A stretch of 64,000 nucleotides of DNA from a virus (lineage: Duplodnaviria; Caudoviricetes), in IMG/VR virus record IMGVR_UViG_3300028909_000001; one strand, given 5' to 3'. The notes below the pieces were generated by a model that was not told the DNA's origin, made no database searches, and saw only the letters and a program-made list of their open reading frames with translations. Below are positions 55,820 through 64,000 of the stretch, one piece after another. The first letter of the stretch is position 1; each line of letters starts with the position of its first letter. A program made the position numbers and the translations under genes.

Positions 55820-55989
55820 CTTAAAAATAAATAATTTAACTTATTTTTAACTATAAGTAACTGTTTTACCTTATATACCACATTTACCCTCCTATCCACC
55901 TCCCTCCACCCCTCTCTGCATCCCCTAACCCTCACCTTTACCCTATAAACATTACTCATTATATCAAACTGTAGTATTATTTTATCTAT

Positions 55990-56337
55990 ATGAAACATAC
56001 AACTCGAATTACAATAAACCACCACTCCCTACCTCCAGAATACAAACTAACCCTGATAAATAAACTAACCCTCCTATACCCCCTCTCTTCAACTACTCAC
56101 TATTATTTAATCGTTCTTATACATGCCTTAACTAGCGCTACCACTAATATTACCTATTATGAGATTGGTAGATTCTTTTATAAACTATTTAAATGTATTA
56201 AGAATAATAAAGTTGAAGATAGAGTATATATTAATGCTAACCAATACTTAACCGAAACTGACATGCAAATCCTCTCCAACCTGATTGAATTCCATGACCT
56301 TACTACCGAACAAAATCAAGCTAATATCCAAAACTGA
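55990..56337 (+). CDS. Helical hypothetical protein, paralog 1
   Basis: LPPEYKLTLINKL...YLTETDMQILSNLI. Confidence 0.55.
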   Translation: MKHTTRITINHHSLPPEYKLTLINKLTLLYPLSSTTHYYLIVLIHALTSATTNITYYEIGRFFYKLFKCIKNNKVEDRVYINANQYLTETDMQILSNLIEFHDLTTEQNQANIQN

Positions 56338-56596
56338 TAGACTAGACCTTATTTATAGTTTAACTAATATATTCTTTGATACCATTCTAGTTAATACTGG
56401 TAGAAGTAATAAAGATAAAGTATCACTATTAACCGTAGTACATGCATTATCTTTTCCTAGCTCAGACTGGTATCCGATAACAGGATATTATAAAAAGCTC
56501 CTAACTTACATTAAAGAAGATGAACTAGAGGCTGATCCTAATATCAATATATATTTTACTAAGAAACATATAAAACTACTGAAATCAATTATATGA
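56285..56596 (+). CDS. Helical hypothetical protein, paralog 2
   Basis: ISKTDRLDLIYSL...YFTKKHIKLLKSII. Confidence 0.5.
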   Translation: MNSMTLLPNKIKLISKTDRLDLIYSLTNIFFDTILVNTGRSNKDKVSLLTVVHALSFPSSDWYPITGYYKKLLTYIKEDELEADPNINIYFTKKHIKLLKSII

Positions 56597-56949
56597 ATAA
56601 CAATCCTATCTTTAATGAACCATTTATCCTCAATTTAAGTAGTGAGGCCAAACTACTACTAATTAAAGCCTTATGTAAACTAGCTATAAGTAATTTCAGC
56701 CATACTATATTAATTGATTCTTTTATAGTTATTAATAGTATAGTAAATAACCTGGAACGGGATACTGTTAATCTAGGTGATTACTGGCGAACTCTACCTA
56801 CTAGTAAAAGAACTAAGTGGGTAAGAATACTAGTATATATAAAGAATAGTCAGAACTTGGCCGAGACGCTTACATATCAACGAGGAAGCAGAGTTATTAA
56901 TCTGCTAACTGAACATGAATACGAACTACTTAAACAACTGATATTATGA
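56593..56949 (+). CDS. Helical hypothetical protein, paralog 3
   Basis: LSSEAKLLLIKAL...LLTEHEYELLKQLI. Confidence 0.55.
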   Translation: MNNNPIFNEPFILNLSSEAKLLLIKALCKLAISNFSHTILIDSFIVINSIVNNLERDTVNLGDYWRTLPTSKRTKWVRILVYIKNSQNLAETLTYQRGSRVINLLTEHEYELLKQLIL

Positions 56950-57314
56950 AAGATAAGATTAAGAAAGTATTGATTGAACGCAGTATTATGGAGCTACCTC
57001 TTAGTTTAAGTGGTGGATATGCTAATGGTTATGTAGGTATGCCTCCTGAACATCCTTGGTTCGGTAAGTATTATACTAATCTTGACGTTTCCATTCACGG
57101 TGGGCTTACTTATTCCAACCCGTATTTACCTAATAATATATATGATACAACATTGTGGTGGATAGGATTTGATACTAGTCACTACGGCGATACTATAATT
57201 ACCTGTAATAGAACTTACTGTGAAAATGAATTGAAATCCTTATATAATCAAGTAGTGGCTGCAATTCCTGGCATATACTGTATTTACGTTGATACTATCT
57301 GTCCTAAATTATGA
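56946..57314 (+). CDS. Conserved phage hypothetical protein
   Basis: NGYVGMPPEHPW...IHGGLTYS...WWIGFDTSH.GD pattern common in phages. Confidence 0.65.
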   Translation: MKDKIKKVLIERSIMELPLSLSGGYANGYVGMPPEHPWFGKYYTNLDVSIHGGLTYSNPYLPNNIYDTTLWWIGFDTSHYGDTIITCNRTYCENELKSLYNQVVAAIPGIYCIYVDTICPKL

Positions 57315-57448
57315 GATTATTCATACCTTTAATCCTGGTAGTCTCCCTGCTCAGCTATTGGTTCTGGTCCACCTATATCAGAAGTGAAAGTAAAAGACGT
57401 AGGGATATTAATTCTGACATTGAAAATAAACGCTTTGATGACTTATGA
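57311..57448 (+). CDS. Small membrane protein (45 aa; not in track)
   Basis: ATGA overlaps at both ends; MRLFIPLILVVSLLSYWFW. Confidence 0.6.
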   Translation: MRLFIPLILVVSLLSYWFWSTYIRSESKRRRDINSDIENKRFDDL

Positions 57449-57840
57449 AACTAACAAAAAGAGCTGATAGATGGTATGACGAAAACGATAATAGTTGGTC
57501 TACAGAAGAATCAGCTACTACATATTCACCTACCTTAACTAATTGTTATAATTGTAGAGATTGTAATGCTTGTAGTGGTTGTAGTGGTTGTAATGGTTGT
57601 AGAGATTGTTATAATTGTAGTAATTGTATTGATTGTAGAGATTGTATTGATTGTAGTTATTGTGATGATTGTAGTGATTGTATTGCGTGTATTAATTGTA
57701 TTACTTGTAGTGAGTGTAGTAGTTGCAGTAATTGTACTAATTTAATAGATTGTGAACCATCGCCCAGACCTAAAATAATTCAAAATGATACTAGACCAGA
57801 ACTGAATATTAATGATAGAAGGCTAGAACTTGAACTATAA
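57445..57840 (+). CDS. Cys-X-X repeat (beta-solenoid-like) protein
   Basis: 22 consecutive Cxx units encoded by 9-bp repeats at 57541-57753. Confidence 0.7.
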   Translation: MKLTKRADRWYDENDNSWSTEESATTYSPTLTNCYNCRDCNACSGCSGCNGCRDCYNCSNCIDCRDCIDCSYCDDCSDCIACINCITCSECSSCSNCTNLIDCEPSPRPKIIQNDTRPELNINDRRLELEL

Positions 57841-57933
57841 AATATGACCTCTTATTTCTTCTAATAAGGCTCTCTTAGGTCATTCTTTTAGAAGGAAATA
57901 TCTCATGTGTTTCCTTTTTTTAGCTAATAGTAA

Positions 57934-57961
57934 TTGACAATAATCCGTATACCTCTAAACT
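57934..57961 (+). promoter_or_regulatory. sigma70-type promoter
   Basis: TTGACA-16-TAAACT. Confidence 0.55.
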
Positions 57962-57975
57962 CTTTATTTATCTAA

Positions 57976-58785
57976 ATGTATTCACGTAGTCAGATCATCT
58001 CTAAATTAGTCTATAGTATTGACCAACTATCAGCTCAGAACTTGGTTGGAGATATACTGGTTACGGCTAAAAGGTCTGATCAGTATGACGGTGAATTTCC
58101 TAACAAGTTAAATAAGCTGAATGCCTGCTTAAAGAAGTTGTTTAGTAAAGGAGTCTCTATCGTAACCAGGTCTGATTCTGGTAAACTACATGCTCATATA
58201 GGTGTGGAGATGCCTGGTCCTGTCACTAACTTTGACTGGGTAGCTTTTGAACAGAGTGAAAGATACTACAATCTATATAAGCATTTTAAAGATAAGGATA
58301 GCTTGAAATTCTACAACTATTATACCAAGAAGTATAGAAATAGCCTCCCTACTACCTGGCAAGTTATTAATAGTAAACTAATGAGTATAGGTAAAAAGCT
58401 GGGTTTAGGTCGAATATTCCTAACCCCTATTAGAAAGAATCTAACTGCATATAAATGGTATTTAGTATCTAATGTTCCTTATAAAAGAGAAAAGAGAGAT
58501 AAATACATTAGATTCTTCTTTAGTTGGGGTATGGCGGTAGTAGATAAATGTCAGATATTAAATAAGTATACTAAAGCATACCGTAATAAGCTCAAGTCAT
58601 TTGCTGAAGGCTTGCAATTAACTAGTGAATCCTATAATATGGTTTTAAGAGATGTACTAGGTAATTCCTGGCATTATCGTGTTAATGAATTGATCAAACA
58701 TATAGATTCTTTAGACTCTTTAGAATTAATCAAATATAATGAATTAAAGTCAACTGTAGCCCTGCATTTACTTCGTTCTCAATGA
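57976..58785 (+). CDS. HUH-superfamily rolling-circle Rep-like protein, diverged
   Basis: RSDSGKLHAHIGV (motif II); LGLGRIFLTPIRKN..AYKWY (motif III region). Confidence 0.5.
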   Translation: MYSRSQIISKLVYSIDQLSAQNLVGDILVTAKRSDQYDGEFPNKLNKLNACLKKLFSKGVSIVTRSDSGKLHAHIGVEMPGPVTNFDWVAFEQSERYYNLYKHFKDKDSLKFYNYYTKKYRNSLPTTWQVINSKLMSIGKKLGLGRIFLTPIRKNLTAYKWYLVSNVPYKREKRDKYIRFFFSWGMAVVDKCQILNKYTKAYRNKLKSFAEGLQLTSESYNMVLRDVLGNSWHYRVNELIKHIDSLDSLELIKYNELKSTVALHLLRSQ

Positions 58786-59801
58786 ATAAAACATCCTTCT
58801 ATAAAGGTTTACTAGCTGAGTTAACCAAACTAACCAAACTATCTGAACTAGCTAAAGAACCATCTAAAAAACATTGGTATCAGAATCCTTATGTATTAGG
58901 AGGATTAGGTATTGGTGCTGGCGCTCTAGGTACTTATGGATTGAATAGATATTTTGATAATCCTGCAACAAGCCCAACCCAATCAATTACTACCTCTACT
59001 CCTACCACTCCTACCACTCCTGCCCCTACCTCATTTAACTCTTTGAATAATGGAATAGCTACTGGAGTTGGAGCAGGTTTAGGTGGTTTGGCTGTAAAGA
59101 AATGGGGCCTTAATGGAGTATCTGGTGGAGTTGATGCTCTTAGTGGAATTAATAATATATATGATAGTGTTTCAAATCCTGATAACTTAAGTCCTGGTTT
59201 AAGAGCAGTTCAAGGTGTAGGTGGTGCATCTCAAGCAGTATTAGGTGGTTTAGGTTTGGCTGGTAAATCTGTTCCTATGGGTGGATTTGGTAGTCTAGGT
59301 AGATCAGTATCTATGAGACCAATAACCAACCTTGCCTCCAAACTACTACCATCAGCTCTTAGAAGTACTGCCCCAGCTATACAAAGCTTCTTACCAGGTT
59401 TTGCTGCACCTCGAGCCATGACTGCTGCTGCTGGTAGTGTAGCTGCTGTACCGTTATCTGGTGGGGCTGCAGTTCAAGCTTTATTAAATGAAGGAGGAGA
59501 TAAAGCTCAACAACATTCAGATTTGCTAGGTAGTGTAGCAGATAGTCTAGTAGGTACTAAGAATAACCCTGGTATAAGACAGGAACTAAGGTCTGGCGAT
59601 CCGGCCTTAATCAATGATGCTAAACAAAGATTAAATAGTTTCTTTAGTTCTGGATCAAATAATCTAGTGACAAGTCCTGGTACATTAGCTAATATAGGTT
59701 ATAACCCTACTCCTTGGTCTAATAAAGGAAATACTGAGAATTTTCAGACTATTGCACATTTACTAGAACAAGTACGTAGAGAGGCAGAGTTAACCAAATA
59801 A
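58782..59801 (+). CDS. Glycine-zipper putative virion protein
   Basis: SFYKGLLAELTKL leader; several GxxxG segments. Confidence 0.6.
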   Translation: MNKTSFYKGLLAELTKLTKLSELAKEPSKKHWYQNPYVLGGLGIGAGALGTYGLNRYFDNPATSPTQSITTSTPTTPTTPAPTSFNSLNNGIATGVGAGLGGLAVKKWGLNGVSGGVDALSGINNIYDSVSNPDNLSPGLRAVQGVGGASQAVLGGLGLAGKSVPMGGFGSLGRSVSMRPITNLASKLLPSALRSTAPAIQSFLPGFAAPRAMTAAAGSVAAVPLSGGAAVQALLNEGGDKAQQHSDLLGSVADSLVGTKNNPGIRQELRSGDPALINDAKQRLNSFFSSGSNNLVTSPGTLANIGYNPTPWSNKGNTENFQTIAHLLEQVRREAELTK

Positions 59802-59803
59802 TT

Positions 59804-60565
59804 ATGAGTAACTTATATAATGAATTTGTAAGCGGTTTCTTAAAGCTGGCTGAAGAAGAGAAGTGTGACGTAGATTTCCTCAAAGGCTATATTAAGCAAG
59901 CTGATGAAATAGTAGATATTTGGACGCAAGCCTTTGACGTACTAGCTAAAGAATCTGGTGACCCTCAATACAAGGTTAAGCTAGCTAATGAGATTATTAG
60001 ATTTACTCAACTACTACCTCAAATACATAAACAAGCAGATTTACAAGATACTGAGAAAGGTTATGAAAACTTCCTAGGCGGACTTAATAATGGAGGATTA
60101 AGCCAGGGTCAAAATTGGCTGGAGCATCAATCCTGGATGCCTCAATTTATACAGCAAGCATTACATAACAATCCAAACCTATTATCTAGTCTACTCTCTG
60201 GTAGTATGGGTGGTGGTTTAGGAGGACTATTAATTGGTGCATTGCTAGGTCATCCAATGTCTGGTCTGATGCTGGGTGGTTTAGGTGGTGCAGCTTCAGG
60301 AGCATTCTTAGGTAATCAAGGTATTAGAGATATGTTTAATTCTGGAGATGGAGTTCCCAAACCTACTCCTCCTCCTCAAGAACTTCCAGACAGGGCTCCT
60401 AGTAGTCTGAATCATGGTCCTGACGATCTACCTACTAGTGCTCCTAGTAATCAGAGTCATGGTGTTATAGAACCAACTCCTACCTCAGCTCCTACTAATA
60501 GTATTCCTAATGTTAAACCTATTAGTCCTGTTAATAATGCAACAAATACAGTACCACATAAATAA
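59804..60565 (+). CDS. Glycine-zipper putative virion protein
   Basis: EFVSGFLKLA; KQA twice; GGGLGGLLIGALLG. Confidence 0.6.
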   Translation: MSNLYNEFVSGFLKLAEEEKCDVDFLKGYIKQADEIVDIWTQAFDVLAKESGDPQYKVKLANEIIRFTQLLPQIHKQADLQDTEKGYENFLGGLNNGGLSQGQNWLEHQSWMPQFIQQALHNNPNLLSSLLSGSMGGGLGGLLIGALLGHPMSGLMLGGLGGAASGAFLGNQGIRDMFNSGDGVPKPTPPPQELPDRAPSSLNHGPDDLPTSAPSNQSHGVIEPTPTSAPTNSIPNVKPISPVNNATNTVPHK

Positions 60566-60569
60566 TCAT

Positions 60570-60782
60570 ATGTTTCTATATCTTACACAAATCCTTAAAG
60601 AAGCTAATGAGTTTGGTTTCGCTAATCAACCAAATACAAGTTTTAGTAATACAAATCCAGCTCCACAATCAGCTTCATTACCTCCTCCTAATCCTGCCCC
60701 ACGACCTAGTCCTGTTCCTAGTATTGGCGGTATGACACCTAATATACAGACAAACAGCCCAGGGTTTACCAGAACTATATGA
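60570..60782 (+). CDS. Small Pro-rich KxA protein (start likely 60570)
   Basis: MFLYLTQILKEA. Confidence 0.45.
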   Translation: MFLYLTQILKEANEFGFANQPNTSFSNTNPAPQSASLPPPNPAPRPSPVPSIGGMTPNIQTNSPGFTRTI

Positions 60783-61690
60783 AACTAGATATTAATGATT
60801 TTAGTGAAGGTGTTAAAGATATCCTGGCACTATATAAACAAGGTAACAATATCTTTGAAATGAAGAGTGGTGATTTATTCCCTCACAACACTTCTCAATC
60901 TACCTGGCAGTTCGCCAAGGATAATGGTAATATACATTTCTCTGATGGTACTCATACTTATAGTTTTAAAGGTGATCTAAGTGAGTATGATACAGAATTG
61001 GAGAAGATGCCAGAAGCACCACTACCTAATGTATTTTCCAATGCTAAGATTAAGGGTAGGGCTCAGGTACATAGATCAGATCCAGGTAGTATATATTTTA
61101 CTTTGCAAGAAGGACGAAATAATCCAACCTATACTTTAAAACATCAGGGAGATAGTAAATGGAAAGCTATTCCTAAACCTAGAAAAGTCAAAGCCCAACT
61201 AAAAGAAACAGTTACTCCTCTTAATGTAAACTTGGAAAAAGTAAAAGAAGGTATGTTAAAAGAGTTGGAGGAATTCATTAAAGAAGGTGATGGACCAAGT
61301 TTTTTTGATAATGCCAATCATGTAATAGGTAGAGGAGTGCAAGGATTGGCTAATGGAATTACTAAACTTCCTCTATTACCTGGTAGAATTGGTGGAGAAG
61401 TACCAGTACAACAATCAGATAACGGTCCAATATCTACTGAGGGTGCAGGAACTATAGCCGGTAATGCCTTGCTAGCTAGTGGGATAGGTGCTGGTAGTGG
61501 TTTATTATATCATTTAGCTAAACGTAATCTGTTAAATACGACTCAAGAAAATGCTGAAGAAGATGCAGAAGGTGGAAAACTTGGTAAAAGAGTGATGTTA
61601 CCAGCTCTAGGTATGGCTGGTTTAAATATAGCTGGTAGACAGATGCTACCTAACGCTATTAATGATCCTAAATTAAACATATTTCCTTAA
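60779..61690 (+). CDS. Putative virion protein with C-terminal hydrophobic segments
   Basis: 303 aa. Confidence 0.6.
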   Translation: MKLDINDFSEGVKDILALYKQGNNIFEMKSGDLFPHNTSQSTWQFAKDNGNIHFSDGTHTYSFKGDLSEYDTELEKMPEAPLPNVFSNAKIKGRAQVHRSDPGSIYFTLQEGRNNPTYTLKHQGDSKWKAIPKPRKVKAQLKETVTPLNVNLEKVKEGMLKELEEFIKEGDGPSFFDNANHVIGRGVQGLANGITKLPLLPGRIGGEVPVQQSDNGPISTEGAGTIAGNALLASGIGAGSGLLYHLAKRNLLNTTQENAEEDAEGGKLGKRVMLPALGMAGLNIAGRQMLPNAINDPKLNIFP

Positions 61691-61694
61691 TTAA

Positions 61695-61997
61695 ATGGAT
61701 ATTGATACTATAATGAATCTGGTTAATAATGATAATAACCTGAGTAGTGAGCAGAAACAGGAATTGAATCAAGCAGAGAATAAACAGAAACTTGAAAAGT
61801 TATTATCTAGTGTAGCTGGTTCCGCTATAGGATTGGTAGTTGCTAAATTTAATGATTTAAGCAAGACTACCCAAGTATTGTTAACACTATTAGGTTTTGG
61901 TCTGGGTAGTGTGATTTATGATTATTATCATCGTAGTAAGTTTGCTAATTACGATGACAAGACTAGAACTTATAAGATTGATACTGATAAATATTAA
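61695..61997 (+). CDS. Small two-TM protein
   Basis: VAGSAIGLVV; LLTLLGFGLGSVI. Confidence 0.55.
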   Translation: MDIDTIMNLVNNDNNLSSEQKQELNQAENKQKLEKLLSSVAGSAIGLVVAKFNDLSKTTQVLLTLLGFGLGSVIYDYYHRSKFANYDDKTRTYKIDTDKY

Positions 61998-62000
61998 TAT

Positions 62001-62339
62001 ATGAATAAAGCTGAATTGATAAAAGAAGCAATCTCTGCTGAATTAGCTAAAGAAGGTAAGACATTGTTAGACTTGGAGAGAGCCTTGAGTAAAGAGGCTG
62101 GTGGAGGTGGCTTGTTCTTTTCACCAGAATCGTTCACTAATGTAGGTAAAGGTCTATTAAATCTTTACGGAGCCTCAGCATTAGCGGTAGGTGCATTAGG
62201 AGGTACTGGTGCTTATATGGGGTTGCAGGCTAATGAGGATAGTACTAATCAACAATTAAAGAAAATCAGGGAAAAACAACAATACGAAGAAGCTACCAGA
62301 TCTTTAATAGAACATATTAAAAACCCTTCAACTCTATAA
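62001..62339 (+). CDS. Glycine-zipper KxA protein
   Basis: LSKEA|GGGG; ALAVGALGGTGAYMG. Confidence 0.6.
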   Translation: MNKAELIKEAISAELAKEGKTLLDLERALSKEAGGGGLFFSPESFTNVGKGLLNLYGASALAVGALGGTGAYMGLQANEDSTNQQLKKIREKQQYEEATRSLIEHIKNPSTL

Positions 62340-62341
62340 TT

Positions 62342-62746
62342 ATGCCTAAGAAAAATATTGAGATTAAGAATCGTGAAGACTTCATGCTGCAAGGAACATT
62401 GAGTGAGGTACCTTGGGAACCAAAGTCTGAAGAACAGATTCAGAAAGATTTATTTAAAAGTAGTGACCCGGATAAGATACTTGATGCTTTTGAAACTCAA
62501 CTAGGTATAAAATCAAATAATGTACCTATTCCTAATGAGATCTATAAGTGTATATTTTTAAAACCATGTAGTGATGATGAACATGCTCAATTATTACAAG
62601 ATTTATATAATAACTCTAGAAGATATAGAGTTTTGAATCGGTCTGATAATTGGACCCATAAAGGAGATTTGGTAATGTTTGTTGAATATGTTGAAAACCT
62701 GGATGTTAAAGCAGAGTTGGAGAAAGAGAAGGAAAACAATATATGA
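62342..62746 (+). CDS. Hypothetical protein
   Basis: 134 aa. Confidence 0.55.
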   Translation: MPKKNIEIKNREDFMLQGTLSEVPWEPKSEEQIQKDLFKSSDPDKILDAFETQLGIKSNNVPIPNEIYKCIFLKPCSDDEHAQLLQDLYNNSRRYRVLNRSDNWTHKGDLVMFVEYVENLDVKAELEKEKENNI

Positions 62747-63711
62747 ATGAAATTTTAAAGAAAGCTTCAGGCTATACTCCCCCAGAATTGATGTTGTTAT
62801 CTGCTTTGGGTGGCGGAAGTGTATTTGCCGGACTAAGGTTGCTCACAGATATGGGGAGTAAATTAAATCCACCTAAAGTAGAGCAAAATAAAATCAAGCT
62901 ACAATTACCGGAAAATAATGGAATTGCTTCAGTAACTCCTGGGGAAGCTGGTCCATTACAAGGTTTCGGTAAATCAGCAGAACCAATGCAGCCTGATTGG
63001 TATGTTTCTCCTCTCTCAGCCTTAGTAGGTTTGCCTATAGGATTCTTAGGAACTAAAGCGCTTTATGACAAATATCAGGAGAATCAAGGAAATGCTCAGA
63101 TAGCCGAAGCTAAAAAGAATTATACTAAGCAGTTAATGCTAGCTCAACAAATGAATAAAATGAGTGAAGAAACACCATTAGTAGATGCATTCTGTAAAGC
63201 TGCTGCAGAAGAATTGGATAAAGAAGCTGCTTCTTTACTTAGTTTGACAAAAGGTCTGATAAATAAAGTACCAGGTCTTAATGCTGTAAAAGGTTTCACT
63301 AATCAACATAAATGGGTTACCCCTATCGCAGGTTTAGGTGCATTAGGTGTGGCTGATAATTATGTAGAACCAACTACTAAATCTTTAACAGAAAATGCAC
63401 CAAATGCTATGGGATTTGCTCCCTCAGCAGTACCTGGTATTGATAGTAGTACTATTATGAAGAATCTCCCTACTGATGATGCTAGCTTGTTAAGTGCTGA
63501 AGATAGTTTATCTAATAAAGCTTCTAAAGGTGGTAATGCATTTGTAAACAAGCTTACTGGTAATTATTGGGGACAGACTAAAGATACTTGGAAGGCATTA
63601 GCTGGTTTAGGTACAGCTGGTACATTCGGTATACTATTAAATAATCATCTAAAGAAAAAAGAGAAGGAAGAAAAAGCTCAATATCCTGTAGGTGTTGAAT
63701 ATGCAAAATAA
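62743..63711 (+). CDS. Multi-segment KxA/membrane-helix putative virion protein
   Basis: KKA, KSA, KAA and KEA each precede a unit with a hydrophobic helix. Confidence 0.6.
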   Translation: MNEILKKASGYTPPELMLLSALGGGSVFAGLRLLTDMGSKLNPPKVEQNKIKLQLPENNGIASVTPGEAGPLQGFGKSAEPMQPDWYVSPLSALVGLPIGFLGTKALYDKYQENQGNAQIAEAKKNYTKQLMLAQQMNKMSEETPLVDAFCKAAAEELDKEAASLLSLTKGLINKVPGLNAVKGFTNQHKWVTPIAGLGALGVADNYVEPTTKSLTENAPNAMGFAPSAVPGIDSSTIMKNLPTDDASLLSAEDSLSNKASKGGNAFVNKLTGNYWGQTKDTWKALAGLGTAGTFGILLNNHLKKKEKEEKAQYPVGVEYAK

Positions 63712-64000
63712 TGCTTTTTATAGAGGAGTACTTAGTGAGATAAATAAGTTTGCTCAAGTAACTCCTCCTACACCTCAAATAACACCTTCAGCTCCTAGTC
63801 CAGTTATCTCAGGTATTAAGGCACCTCTTCTCTCTCAAACTCAGCATACAATAAATGATTTTGAAAGTGTTTATCCTAAAGTAGAATCAGCTTTGCCTAA
63901 TATAGAGAAATCTATTAGTAGTATACCAGATAATCAATTAGCTTCCACTACTCCTGAGCAATTTAAAAATACAGTCACTCCTTCATTTTCACAGATACTA
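63701..64000 (+). CDS. Partial ORF with AFYRGVLSEINKFA leader (runs off the right edge)
   Basis: MQNNAFYRGVLSEINKFAQVTPPTP..., open to the window end. Confidence 0.6.
   Translation, partial: MQNNAFYRGVLSEINKFAQVTPPTPQITPSAPSPVISGIKAPLLSQTQHTINDFESVYPKVESALPNIEKSISSIPDNQLASTTPEQFKNTVTPSFSQIL

Noticed and set aside
54428-55820. CRISPR mini-array
   Set aside because: The repeats are contiguous 6-mers or whole-module duplications; there is no constant repeat with unique spacers and no cas genes

Overview
This is an AT-rich 64-kb segment of a large (jumbo-type) contractile-tailed dsDNA phage. All family assignments come from motifs recognised by eye; no database search was run. From 1 to 21 kb (minus strand) lie baseplate, tape measure, tail chaperones with a -1 frameshift, spike/hub, tube, sheath, neck, major capsid, decoration and scaffold genes, interrupted by four free-standing homing endonucleases around the capsid cassette. 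From 21 to 48 kb are a LigD-like phosphoesterase/ligase, an intein-containing prohead protease, many putative internal virion proteins sharing a FxxGFIKAA leader and KxA motifs, a fragmented multisubunit RNA polymerase, an intein-containing SNF2 helicase and RNase H. From 48.7 to 58.8 kb is a divergently transcribed accessory region holding an IF2N-LOTUS-cold-shock protein, duplicated Ser-Arg repeat modules around a DUF6948-like gene, a Cxx-repeat protein and a HUH Rep-like gene. From 58.8 to 64 kb are more glycine-zipper/KxA proteins. The top observation is that the RNAP catalytic DxDGD motif is cut by an apparently natural, atypically split Ser1/Ser+1 intein with a 13-aa N-fragment. A sigma70 promoter overlapping the stop codon at the split point would drive a leaderless IntC/LAGLIDADG transcript.
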